This document shows positions 1 to 8,232 of a stretch of 60,552 bases of DNA, piece after piece. Source of the DNA: a virus (lineage: Duplodnaviria > Caudoviricetes); IMG/VR virus record IMGVR_UViG_3300029267_000655, positions 1 through 60,552 of that record. One strand, 5' to 3'. Position 1 is the first letter of the stretch; each line of letters opens with the position of its first letter. The translations under genes and the position numbers were made by a program. A model generated the notes under the pieces. The model was not told the origin of the DNA, did not search any database, and saw only the letters and a program-made list of their open reading frames with translations.

Positions 1-144
1 ACGGATAACAAGGCGTTGCACGGGAGCCGCCGGCAACGCGGGTTTTGAAATCAATGTCGTTCACGGTGCCGCCGTGAACTTGGCCGTTATGCCTCAAACT
101 TGGGCAGGCGGTCCCCCACTCAACACCCGGTTTAAGTCTGACCC
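1..144. repeat. Terminal direct repeat, left copy (identical to 60409-60552; circular-assembly overlap)
   Basis: Base-by-base identity from acggataac to gtctgaccc with the last 144 nt. An ORF reads in frame across the junction. Confidence 0.95.
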
Positions 145-337
145 AAGTTCTTCCTTCATCAGTTTGAACGTCGATGAACATAACGAAACTGACCACACCT
201 AGCTCGCATCCAAGTAGTCCGCTATGTAAGACCAACTCTCCTTCTTTCAATAGTTGTTCAGTACAAGCTCTCTCCTCTGGTGTCCTGAAGGGAAAAGAGT
301 CGTCTAGTTCAACGTCTACCAGCATCCGTACTTTCAT
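2..337 (-). CDS. Hypothetical protein, 5' part of a 201-aa ORF that spans the origin and ends at 60140
   Basis: ATG at 337 with AAGGAG upstream. Manual translation (MKVRMLVDVELDDSFPFRTPEER...) has no stop down to base 2 and is in frame with track ORF 60140..60505. Confidence 0.7.
   Translation of the reverse strand, partial: MKVRMLVDVELDDSFPFRTPEERACTEQLLKEGELVLHSGLLGCELGVVSFVMFIDVQTDEGRTWVRLKPGVEWGTACPSLRHNGQVHGGTVNDIDFKTRVAGGSRATPCYP
3..92 (+). mobile_element. attC: Integron attC site (same physical site as 60411-60500)
   Basis: GGATAAC-N5-GTTGCAC...GTGAAC-N6-GTTATGC imperfect palindrome, 90 bp. Confidence 0.8.
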
Positions 338-384
338 CTGTGTTTGCTCCTTTGCTGTCGGTTAGGGGTTTGTCTACTCGGTAC

Positions 385-418
385 ACCTATTATAGACCGA
401 CCGACAAGCTACAGTCGA
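385..418 (-). promoter_or_regulatory. Leftward sigma70-like promoter
   Basis: Minus strand TCGACT-N18-TATAAT followed by AGGT. The same TATAATAGGT occurs at 57427-57436. Confidence 0.5.
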
Positions 419-487
419 AAACCCTATCGCATATAGAAGAGGTGCAGTGACGTACCCGACACCCCGCTACCCGAAAATTGCGAGCAC

Positions 488-515
488 TTGCGTAGACCGA
501 ATTTTCGATTATAAT
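488..515 (+). promoter_or_regulatory. Rightward sigma70-like promoter
   Basis: TTGCGT-N16-TATAAT followed by TGTGTCGGG, a motif shared with the 2939 and 6608 promoters. Confidence 0.6.
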
Positions 516-520
516 TGTGT

Positions 521-660
521 CGGGGTAGTCCGTTTACGTAAGTACGTAAGTACTGTAGTAAAGGAGATGGCAGAACTACCAATGTCCCTGTGACTGCTCT
601 CCTACCCCTACCCGACGATTGACCCCGCAGAGTTGTTGGTCCTCTCTGCGGGGTCTTTTC
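521..660 (+). ncRNA. Candidate small RNA or leader transcript (~140 nt)
   Basis: Lies between a promoter and an intrinsic terminator and holds only an 8-codon ORF. GGGGTAG (522-528) can pair with CTACCCC (602-608). Confidence 0.35.
621..660 (+). terminator. Rho-independent terminator
   Basis: GACCCCGCAGAG/CTCTGCGGGGTC stem followed by TTTT. Confidence 0.75.
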
Positions 661-712
661 GTTTCTACGGTCTGCTGCCGAAACCCCTACAAAACCCGAA
701 CGAAAATCGGGA

Positions 713-750
713 TTGCGTTATTCGGGCCGAGAAGCTATTATACTCTCTTG
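713..750 (+). promoter_or_regulatory. Early promoter
   Basis: TTGCGT-N17-TATTAT followed by the shared ACTCTCTTG motif. Confidence 0.6.
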
Positions 751-807
751 CGTCTACCGGTACGTACGGTAGGGCAGACACACCAAACAGGATGAGAGGA
801 CAAGCAA

Positions 808-951
808 ATGGTTCGTCGAGTACGTGTGCCGCAAGCACTGAAGATGATTGCTCAACAAGACGATTGGGCAGAGTTTCTTCGCTCACCTATGCCTGTCGCA
901 CCGAAGAAGAACAACAAGAAGAAGCAGAAGAACAAAGCGAAGAACCGATGA
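808..951 (+). CDS. Small basic hypothetical protein (47 aa, MVRRVRVPQALKMIAQQDDWAEFLRS...)
   Basis: GAGGA RBS. The stop overlaps the next start as ATGA. Below the ORF-track length cutoff. Confidence 0.6.
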   Translation: MVRRVRVPQALKMIAQQDDWAEFLRSPMPVAPKKNNKKKQKNKAKNR

Positions 952-2861
952 CTAGAATAAACGTAGGTATCGACCCACGGGAGTTACCCGACAAGCTGTT
1001 GTTAGCAGAGCATCGAGAGATAACCCGAATCCCAAACGCAGTCTATGAAGGAACAGCAGACCTTACCCAACCTATACCCGAACGGTTCAAGTTGGGTGTA
1101 GGTCACGTTAGGTTTTTCTACGACAAGCTTCTGTATCTGAACCGTCGCTACGCTGCCCTTTACTTCGAGTGCGTCAGACGTGGATTTGATGTAGCTAACA
1201 AGTTGTCGGCATTCAACCGACTAGACCCAAGTCACTTACAAGACGAGAACGATTACACACCAACGCAGAGAGATAGAGACCTTATCATCAACCGTATTGA
1301 GTCCAAGGGCTTCTCTCTACTACCTCCTTCTCAGGAACCTAAGACCATGGCTAAGAAAGTTGCAACCAAGTCGTCTACTACCCGTACCGCTACCAAGAAG
1401 AAAGTCGTCAAGAAGAAAGCAGCAACCAAACGAGCAACTACACCCAAGAAGAAAACTACACGAAAGAAGACCGCTAAGCAGCAGACTCCTACCGTCAGTG
1501 TTGAATCTAAGTTGTTTGCAGGAGACAACCCGCTTACAGCAGATATAGCCAAGGAGCTACTCGGTTGGACGGTAGTAGACAAGAAGGCAACCGACTACCT
1601 AATCAAAGATGAGTATGGAGACAAGATCGTCTGTAGCAAGAACGAATCCAACCGACCTTTAGACGCAGGTAACCTAGCCTGTCTGAAACAGGAGATTCTA
1701 AGACGCAAGTGGAAGTTGAACGGAGTCAACAGGATCATCGGTGCCGAAGGTCAGGTACTCAACGGTCAGCACACGTTGATTGCTGTAGTGCTAGCTGCTC
1801 AAGCCTACGCTATTGCTCCAGACGACTATGAGTTCTGGGACTGCGAACCCTACATCGAGACATTCGTTGCCTATGGTATTGCAGAGGACGACGATACCGT
1901 CAACACACTAGATACTGGCAAGAGTCGTAGTCTTGCTGACGTTATCTACCGCTCTCCGTACTTCAAGGACTTCGCACCGAAGGACCGTAAGAAAGTGGCT
2001 AGGGTTGCGGACTATGCTGTCCGTACTGTGTGGCAACGTACCGGAGCAGCTAATGCGTTCGCACCCCGTAGGACTCATAGCGAGTCTCTAGAGTTTATTG
2101 ATACTCACCCAGAACTATTGCGAGCTATCAAACACGTCTCCGAAGAACTCGTTGACAATATGGTAGCTCCAGTATTACCACCAGGGTACTCTGCCGGTTT
2201 GTGTTACCTGATGGGCTGTTGTACGTCGGACCTAGAGACCTACAAAGATACTCCTAGCGATTCGTCGCTCTCTTTCAATGAGCAAGACAAGGCAGAGGAC
2301 TTTTGGAATCTACTTATCAATGGGGATAAGAAGCTCAGTGCTGTACGTCATCTGTTAGGTAAGTACAGCGAAGAAACCGGTGCCACTCTTTCTGAGAGAA
2401 TGGGCGTAGTAATCAAGGCTTGGGACTTATTCCGTAGGGGTGAGAAAGTTACAGAAGACCTTATTAGCCTTGAGTACACGACCGACGAAGACGGAGACAA
2501 AGTGCTAGCTGAGTTTCCGACGTTGGGTGGCATCGACGTAGGCAAAGAGGATGTTGAAAAGCCTTCAGCAAAAGAGAGGAAGGAGCAACAAGAGAGAGCG
2601 AAGGCGGAGCGTCGGAAGAAGGCAGCAGCAGAACGCAAAGCCAAAGGAACCCACGTCAACGATCCTGACCCCGAAAACGAAGGCGAACCGGTTACCGTAG
2701 GCGAAGGCGATACTGCTTGGGCGGGTCATCTTGTTGACTCGTACACAACGAAGGACGGCAGTAAGGTGGCCAAAGTCCGGGTGGACAACGGGTACGCAGG
2801 GGCAGGAAAGGTCCACGAAGTACCGATGGACACGGTGAAAACCCGAAAAGAGACCGACTGA
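948..2861 (+). CDS. denV: Pyrimidine-dimer DNA glycosylase (T4 endonuclease V family) fused in frame to a Lys-rich histone-like segment and a ParB-like domain; internal start likely at 1347
   Basis: MTRINVGIDPRELPDKLLLAEHREITRIP...FKLGVGHVRFFYDKLLYL matches the DenV N-terminus. No stop before MAKKVATK.... The GQVLNGQHTL motif resembles ParB-like DGQHR. Confidence 0.8.
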   Translation: MTRINVGIDPRELPDKLLLAEHREITRIPNAVYEGTADLTQPIPERFKLGVGHVRFFYDKLLYLNRRYAALYFECVRRGFDVANKLSAFNRLDPSHLQDENDYTPTQRDRDLIINRIESKGFSLLPPSQEPKTMAKKVATKSSTTRTATKKKVVKKKAATKRATTPKKKTTRKKTAKQQTPTVSVESKLFAGDNPLTADIAKELLGWTVVDKKATDYLIKDEYGDKIVCSKNESNRPLDAGNLACLKQEILRRKWKLNGVNRIIGAEGQVLNGQHTLIAVVLAAQAYAIAPDDYEFWDCEPYIETFVAYGIAEDDDTVNTLDTGKSRSLADVIYRSPYFKDFAPKDRKKVARVADYAVRTVWQRTGAANAFAPRRTHSESLEFIDTHPELLRAIKHVSEELVDNMVAPVLPPGYSAGLCYLMGCCTSDLETYKDTPSDSSLSFNEQDKAEDFWNLLINGDKKLSAVRHLLGKYSEETGATLSERMGVVIKAWDLFRRGEKVTEDLISLEYTTDEDGDKVLAEFPTLGGIDVGKEDVEKPSAKERKEQQERAKAERRKKAAAERKAKGTHVNDPDPENEGEPVTVGEGDTAWAGHLVDSYTTKDGSKVAKVRVDNGYAGAGKVHEVPMDTVKTRKETD

Positions 2862-2887
2862 AAACCCCTGTAATTTCAGCGGAAAAC

Positions 2888-2928
2888 CCCAAATCCCAAA
2901 GAACTTTGAAGAATCTTTGGGATTTGGG
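2888..2928. terminator. Perfect 15-bp inverted repeat (terminator or operator hairpin)
   Basis: CCCAAATCCCAAAGA...TCTTTGGGATTTGGG, just downstream of the 2861 stop. Confidence 0.55.
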
Positions 2929-2938
2929 TTCTCTGAGA

Positions 2939-2980
2939 TTGCGTAATAGCCGATCTAACATCATACTCTCTTCTGTCGGG
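2939..2980 (+). promoter_or_regulatory. Early promoter
   Basis: TTGCGT-N17-CATACT followed by CTCTTCTGTCGGG. Confidence 0.65.
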
Positions 2981-3015
2981 TTGAACGAGTAACCTAACGA
3001 AACAGGAGCGACACG

Positions 3016-3213
3016 ATGATCCGAACAACAAAGCCTGTCACCGACATCCTGACAGCATCTCTGCCGGTACCTGTTGTGGACAAGTTCGGTTGTACCCTGC
3101 ACGTCACCGCTGTGAAGTTCATCGGCAGTACGTGCTACGCCGTAACCGATGAATTGAGTCATCCGATCAAAGCCGCACATATCAGGTACATAATGCGTCC
3201 TGATTCGGCTTGA
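3016..3213 (+). CDS. Hypothetical protein (65 aa)
   Basis: AGGAG RBS; first gene after a promoter. Confidence 0.65.
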   Translation: MIRTTKPVTDILTASLPVPVVDKFGCTLHVTAVKFIGSTCYAVTDELSHPIKAAHIRYIMRPDSA

Positions 3214-3298
3214 ATAAGTCGAAACACTCCTTTGGGAGTGTCTGTCCTACGTAGGTACTAGGGCACTGATGAGACAACCTAATTGTGGAGAAGTTACG

Positions 3299-4909
3299 AT
3301 GGCTAAGACTACCGCTAAGATGACTCGCAAGACCACCCGTAAGTCTGCTGACGCTAAGGCAGTCAAGACACCGAAAGTCGCAGACGCTCTGAAGAAAAGT
3401 CGAGCGAAGAAGACCGCTCCCCACATCATCGTCGGAGCACTTGCGGGTACTGGCAAGACCACTACCGCTATCGGTGGTCTCAACTGGTTGCGGGGTATCC
3501 AACCCGAGTACACACCGAGTCCTCAGCAACAGGCTGTGTGGGATGCTCTCGCAGCAGAGCAGTACAAGGCTGTCTGTTGCGTAGCGTTCAACAAGAGCAT
3601 CGCAACGGAGCTTCAGTCGAGAGTACCCGAAGGTGTTGATGCTATGACGATGCACAGTATGGGTATGAAGGCTGTGCGTGAGCAGTTCGGTCGGATTCAA
3701 GTCTCGTCATGGCGAGTCACGGACATCATCAGCGAGATTACCGAAACCGACGTTCGAGAGCTTCGCAAGTTCAATAACGACATGCTCAAAGGCACTGAGA
3801 GGCTTGTCGGTCTGTGCAAGCTCTCGCTCATCGACGAAACCGACACAGACTTAGAGAACATCCTAGACGGTCTGTGTTCTCACTACGATGTAGAACTCAA
3901 TGGCAGCAGAGATGAAGTCTACGAACTCGTTCCAAAGGTTCTTGCTCGCTGCAAGGAAGTTGACAAGGACAAGCGAATTGACTTCAACGATATGATCTGG
4001 TTGCCGGTAGTCTTGAGCCTTCCGGTGAAACGCTATGACTTGCTGATCGTTGACGAAGCTCAAGACCTTAACAAGTGTCAGCAGGCTTTGGCTTACAAAG
4101 CGGGTAGTCGTCTGATGTTTGTCGGAGACGTTAACCAAGCCATCTACGGGTTTGCAGGGGCAGACGCAGAGAGCATGAACCGTCTTGAGGCTGAGTTAGG
4201 TGCGACTGATCGTGGTGTTACGGTACTCCCTCTTACCGTTACCCGTAGGTGTAGCAAGGCAGTAGTAGCCGATGCTCAAGCCTACGTACCGACGTTTGAA
4301 GCCCACGAGTCAAATCTCACCGGGTCTGTCTCGGAAGTCAGCGAAGACCGATACGTAGACCTAGTTCAAGACGGTGACATGATCGTCTGCCGTGTGAATG
4401 CTCCTCTCGTATCGCAGTGCTTCCGGTTCATCGCAGATGGTCGTAAGGCTAATATCCAGGGCAGAGACATCGGTCAAGGTCTCGTCCGGTTGATCAAGAA
4501 GCAGAAGTGTGCTGACGACGATATGGGCGGCTTGATGGATAAGCTGTCTACTTGGTACTTTCAGGAGTGCCTCAAGGAAGCAGCGAAGAAGAACCCTAGT
4601 GATGCTCGCCTGATCGCTCTCGAAGACCGCTACAAGTGCCTTACGGTCTTCTGCGATAACGCTACTACGGTTAGTGGAGTCATCACTAAAATCGAGGACG
4701 TATTCAGCGACGATAAGGGCGAAGGTATCCGGCTCAGCTCTATCCACAAAGCCAAAGGGCTTGAGTCTGATCGGGTCTTCTTCTTCCGTACCAAAGACGC
4801 TCCTTGTCCTCACCCGATGGCTAAGCAGGCTTGGGCAAAGGAACAGGAACGTAACTTGTGTTACGTAGCCATCACACGAGCCATCGAGTCACTGTACTAC
4901 GTCAAGTAG
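3299..4909 (+). CDS. UvrD/Rep-like superfamily 1 helicase with a Lys-rich N-terminus
   Basis: ALAGTGKT, IVDEAQD, VGDVNQAIYGFAGA, SSIHKAKGLE and YVAITRA motifs. GGAG RBS before ATG 3299. Confidence 0.9.
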   Translation: MAKTTAKMTRKTTRKSADAKAVKTPKVADALKKSRAKKTAPHIIVGALAGTGKTTTAIGGLNWLRGIQPEYTPSPQQQAVWDALAAEQYKAVCCVAFNKSIATELQSRVPEGVDAMTMHSMGMKAVREQFGRIQVSSWRVTDIISEITETDVRELRKFNNDMLKGTERLVGLCKLSLIDETDTDLENILDGLCSHYDVELNGSRDEVYELVPKVLARCKEVDKDKRIDFNDMIWLPVVLSLPVKRYDLLIVDEAQDLNKCQQALAYKAGSRLMFVGDVNQAIYGFAGADAESMNRLEAELGATDRGVTVLPLTVTRRCSKAVVADAQAYVPTFEAHESNLTGSVSEVSEDRYVDLVQDGDMIVCRVNAPLVSQCFRFIADGRKANIQGRDIGQGLVRLIKKQKCADDDMGGLMDKLSTWYFQECLKEAAKKNPSDARLIALEDRYKCLTVFCDNATTVSGVITKIEDVFSDDKGEGIRLSSIHKAKGLESDRVFFFRTKDAPCPHPMAKQAWAKEQERNLCYVAITRAIESLYYVK

Positions 4910-4920
4910 TCGAATCAAAC

Positions 4921-4960
4921 GAGAGCCAGCAGGGTTAGACGCTCTGTTGGCTCTCTTCTC
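4921..4960 (+). terminator. Hairpin or terminator after the helicase gene
   Basis: GAGAGCCAGCAG/CTGTTGGCTCTC stem followed by pyrimidines. Confidence 0.5.
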
Positions 4961-4991
4961 TCTATCGAATCACTTAGTAAGGACAAACACA

Positions 4992-5210
4992 ATGGACGAA
5001 CAAAGAAGAAAGCAGCAGATATTCACCGTCATAGAAGTAGCTAAGATTCTCAAAGTTGCTCCTAGGACTGTATATAAGTGGTTTGATACAGGACGACTGT
5101 CAGGTTATAGGGTTCCAAGTACCCAGAACCACTGTGTACACAGAGACAGTCTTATTAAGTTCATGAAGGAGCATGGATTCCCTCTAACTGATGTTGGAGA
5201 AGAAGAATGA
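4992..5210 (+). CDS. Excisionase/MerR-like HTH DNA-binding protein, Planctomycete response-regulator N-terminal type
   Basis: FTVIEVAKILKVAPRTVYKWFDTGRLSGYRVP...RDSLIKFMKEHGFPL. AAGGA RBS. Confidence 0.85.
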   Translation: MDEQRRKQQIFTVIEVAKILKVAPRTVYKWFDTGRLSGYRVPSTQNHCVHRDSLIKFMKEHGFPLTDVGEEE

Positions 5211-5623
5211 AGACCTACATGACCCGTCTTGACTCTCTTCCTCCAGGAAGTCTATTCGAGACAATGAGCGGGAAGAGACTCAAGAAGATTCGAGTCACTG
5301 CTAGCGGAACGATACTGGTTGAGAACGAAGACGGTGAAAAGGATACGATGGTGCCTAGGGCATTGGTTGAACCCGTAACCAAGTTAAGTCTTCCTCAACG
5401 TAACCTAGTCCGGCAGCTACTAGCTAATGTTGAGGGAGAGTACGAAACCGGAGAGCACTACGTTTACGTTGACAACTTGTCGATGGCTTCTAAGTCTCTA
5501 CGCAAGTTCCGGTCTGTAGTGCAATCTCTAATTGAACTCGGTTTGTGTTACTACGACAAAGCAGAGGGTGACGAAGACGTGTGGCTCGTCATCCGTAAAC
5601 AATCTCTCAGTCAATACGTTTAA
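5207..5623 (+). CDS. Hypothetical protein
   Basis: ATGA-coupled to the upstream gene; GGAG RBS. Confidence 0.7.
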   Translation: MKTYMTRLDSLPPGSLFETMSGKRLKKIRVTASGTILVENEDGEKDTMVPRALVEPVTKLSLPQRNLVRQLLANVEGEYETGEHYVYVDNLSMASKSLRKFRSVVQSLIELGLCYYDKAEGDEDVWLVIRKQSLSQYV

Positions 5624-5634
5624 GGACCAACACA

Positions 5635-6096
5635 ATGAGTAGTCTTACCGACAAACAACGTAGGATGATTGCAATACTCGCAGAAGTAGCCACAAGCTAT
5701 ACGAGTAATATCAGGTCGATTGATAGGCTCGATAAATGTCTCTATGAAAATAAGAACGGCATTTGTTGTGCTTTCGGTCGGTTCGTCTTACCTAATAGGC
5801 GAGACGGTGCGAACGTTGTTCTTGGTGCGTCTGTTGTCAACAGGAGATATGCTAATCTACTTACTATGTTTAGTGAACACCCCGATAAGGTTGACAACAT
5901 CCTAGTAGGTAGAGCTAAAGGTTTGGGTGTTGAGTTCTGGATAGACGTACAACGACTGCACGATAGAGAGAACAACTGGAATGAATACGGTTTGTCTGAC
6001 GTAGGGAAGCAAGAGGTAAAACTTATCAACAGAAAGATAAGAGAAGGGTCTTACGATGAAACCCAAGTTAGTTCACCTAGCGTTAGTAACAGCTAA
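5635..6096 (+). CDS. Hypothetical protein
   Basis: AAGGA RBS; operon context. Confidence 0.7.
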   Translation: MSSLTDKQRRMIAILAEVATSYTSNIRSIDRLDKCLYENKNGICCAFGRFVLPNRRDGANVVLGASVVNRRYANLLTMFSEHPDKVDNILVGRAKGLGVEFWIDVQRLHDRENNWNEYGLSDVGKQEVKLINRKIREGSYDETQVSSPSVSNS

Positions 6097-6259
6097 CGAA
6101 GTCACAGGCTCAGTAGTTAGAGACACTATGTGTGGGGTTGTCTCTAATAGCTCAACCGTCAACGAGTCGTCTGTAACCTGCAAGAAGTGTTTGAAACTTC
6201 TCGGTAAGAAAAGAGACCAACTGAAAAGAGCTACTAACTATGAACCCGACCGAACCTAA
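6056..6259 (+). CDS. Small Cys-containing hypothetical protein
   Basis: TMCG...VTCKKC motif; operon context. Confidence 0.55.
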   Translation: MKPKLVHLALVTANEVTGSVVRDTMCGVVSNSSTVNESSVTCKKCLKLLGKKRDQLKRATNYEPDRT

Positions 6260-6335
6260 CTTGCTACACGTTGCCATCAGTCTTGTTGTTACTGTTGGCT
6301 TTGTCTTTGTGCTACTAGTAGGAGACGAGACATGA
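6240..6335 (+). CDS. Possible 31-aa membrane peptide
   Basis: MNPTEPNLLHVAISLVVTVGFVFVLLVGDET; ATGA-coupled to the next ORF. Confidence 0.4.
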   Translation: MNPTEPNLLHVAISLVVTVGFVFVLLVGDET

Positions 6336-6478
6336 GATGTTCTACCTGCGGTTACCAAGTTCGGGGTAAGAACCACAACGAAGGTTCCCACCACCAGAGC
6401 GGTAACAACCGACTCAAGAAGAAGGCAGTGGCTCAGGCAGCTAAGTTGACTCGTCAGAGTAAGCCAGAGAAGGCATAG
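6332..6478 (+). CDS. Small zinc-finger-like basic protein (48 aa)
   Basis: MRCSTCGYQVRGKNHNEGSHHQ...; AGGAG RBS. Confidence 0.55.
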   Translation: MRCSTCGYQVRGKNHNEGSHHQSGNNRLKKKAVAQAAKLTRQSKPEKA

Positions 6479-6503
6479 TCGACCTTCTGAGTAGGCGAGA
6501 GAC

Positions 6504-6545
6504 AGAACCCCAAGACGGTTTTTCGGACTGTTTTGGGGTTCTTTT
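6504..6545 (+). terminator. Rho-independent terminator
   Basis: AGAACCCCAAGACGG/CTGTTTTGGGGTTCT stem with a T tract. Confidence 0.65.
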
Positions 6546-6607
6546 CGTTGGTTTTCAGACTGTTTTGGAGAATTCTTGAGAATCTTTGAAAAGTTCATAG
6601 CCTGAGC

Positions 6608-6649
6608 TTGCCGATACTCAACTCAAACACCATACTCTCTTGTGTCGGG
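6608..6649 (+). promoter_or_regulatory. Early promoter
   Basis: TTGCCG-N17-CATACT followed by CTCTTGTGTCGGG. Confidence 0.65.
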
Positions 6650-6679
6650 CAAACAACTCAAACCAAAAGGACCAAAACA

Positions 6680-7072
6680 ATGACCAACCGCGAGAACACA
6701 CAACGAGCCATCGACAGCGCAATGACCGCAGCAGAGTTGATTGAGGAGCTGAAGAACTTGGATCCAAACACACGGGTCTTCTTCACGTGCGACTACGGTG
6801 ATTACTGCCACACAAAGCAAGCTCTTCCCATTCGCTCTCTTGAGGAAGCAACGACCAAGCAGCTCAGCGACACCGGATACTCACAGAGCCGCACTGCATA
6901 CAATCCTTTCGACGAAGAGGACCTCGAAGTGTACTGCGAGCAATGTGACGAGATGTGGGGTGGCTTGGTAAAATGCCCTGTGTGCGGCAGCACGTGTGTC
7001 CGAGAGGACGGAACGCCTACTGACGAAGATAGCGACGACGAGACTGAGGACATCGTGGTACTCAGCATGTAA
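6680..7072 (+). CDS. Hypothetical protein with a C-terminal zinc ribbon
   Basis: AAGGA RBS before ATG 6680; CEQC...CPVC. Confidence 0.75.
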   Translation: MTNRENTQRAIDSAMTAAELIEELKNLDPNTRVFFTCDYGDYCHTKQALPIRSLEEATTKQLSDTGYSQSRTAYNPFDEEDLEVYCEQCDEMWGGLVKCPVCGSTCVREDGTPTDEDSDDETEDIVVLSM

Positions 7073-7087
7073 TGTGTGTAACAGTAC

Positions 7088-7130
7088 AAGAACCCCGCAG
7101 ACGGCACTAAGCTATCTGCGGGGTTCTTTT
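7088..7130 (+). terminator. Rho-independent terminator ending the early region
   Basis: AAGAACCCCGCAGA/TCTGCGGGGTTCTT plus T tract; stem shared with the 621-660 terminator. Confidence 0.75.
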
Positions 7131-7317
7131 CGTTTACAGACGTTCGAGAAGCCCCTAAATTCGCTCTCTACGGGCTTCTGACGTAAAATCCGACCGAAAC
7201 CCCGTATTTTCTGCTAGCGGACGTTCTAGGGGCATATACGGACGCCTGAGAGGGTCTGTAGCCGATCTGAGGGGTAGGGAGCGAAGATACTACCAGTACA
7301 GACCGACTACAGACCGC

Positions 7318-8217
7318 TCAGGCACACCCCACGTCACTCAACAGCCTCTCGCAACGTCTACGGTACGTGTACCGCTCTGAGACAAGACCGAAGCCCCTAG
7401 ACGCTATTCTGAGCCTCTCGTGATCGTCGCCTATGTAGGTGTCGATGGCGGATCGTAGGTCAGAGTATCGAGCACTAGACGAGACCGGTTTGTACGAGAC
7501 GTAGTGATCGCAGTCGGTAAACTCCTCTCCAAGTCCTGTTGTTTCGGGGTGAAGGAAGAATCCACCCCTTCCCAACACTTCATATATTCGGTTTGACCAG
7601 TAGTTAGGACTAGGGTAGCTATCGCCTACAACTACCTTCACTCGACTGACAGCTAGGTTTAGGTCTGTTCCTCTCGTGCGAGTATGGTGAATGAATCTAG
7701 GACCATAAGTATCTTTCAACCACTGTACTAGATTCTCTCTCTGCGGTGTGTAGAGACTACCGATGAACGCTACATCATGTTGGTAGTCTCGTTGCGGTAG
7801 TTGATAGCTGAGAGCTTCAGGGATTCCTTGTCGTAGGATTCGGTGGTTTATCTTTCGTTTCTCGAACTCCTGTTGATGACCGCCGTCAGTACTAAATAGG
7901 TAGTCCACTTCTGTAGCTTGAGGTGGTAACCTACGACCGAACCCCAAAAACAAATCCCACAACCAGCAAACCGTCTTAATGTCTTTGCTTCTGAGCCACC
8001 TAACGTAGCCTTTGATATTCATGAAATGAGATTTGGAGAACAACACGAGGTCCGGTTGAGTCTGTTCTGTTACTTGTCTAGCTCTGCTGCCTAGCACTAC
8101 GTTGTTACTGAGTATAGGGAACTTGATAACTTGGTGACCTAGACTCACTAGAGAATAAGCTACGTAGTTCTCCGTTCTGTAGTGTCGCTCGAACTTACCT
8201 AGGTACAGAATACGCAT
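7318..8217 (-). CDS. Glycosyltransferase (GT-B, CgeB/YkvP-like)
   Basis: DVAFIGS...YWSNRIYEVLGRGGFFL...RIASRGF...YTYRRR pattern. Confidence 0.85.
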   Translation of the reverse strand: MRILYLGKFERHYRTENYVAYSLVSLGHQVIKFPILSNNVVLGSRARQVTEQTQPDLVLFSKSHFMNIKGYVRWLRSKDIKTVCWLWDLFLGFGRRLPPQATEVDYLFSTDGGHQQEFEKRKINHRILRQGIPEALSYQLPQRDYQHDVAFIGSLYTPQRENLVQWLKDTYGPRFIHHTRTRGTDLNLAVSRVKVVVGDSYPSPNYWSNRIYEVLGRGGFFLHPETTGLGEEFTDCDHYVSYKPVSSSARYSDLRSAIDTYIGDDHERLRIASRGFGLVSERYTYRRRCERLLSDVGCA

Positions 8218-8232
8218 AGCGGTTACCTCTCG

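Noticed and set aside
1-144. Biological terminal repeat or attL/attR of a prophage
   Set aside because: An ORF and an attC site run straight through it, and there are no host genes or integrase. A circular-assembly overlap is the simplest explanation, although physical ends cannot be determined from sequence alone.
633-947. N-terminal 105 aa of the 742-aa track ORF
   Set aside because: It starts inside a terminator and spans a promoter and a better-supported 47-aa ORF. DenV needs Thr2 at its N-terminus, so the start is 948.
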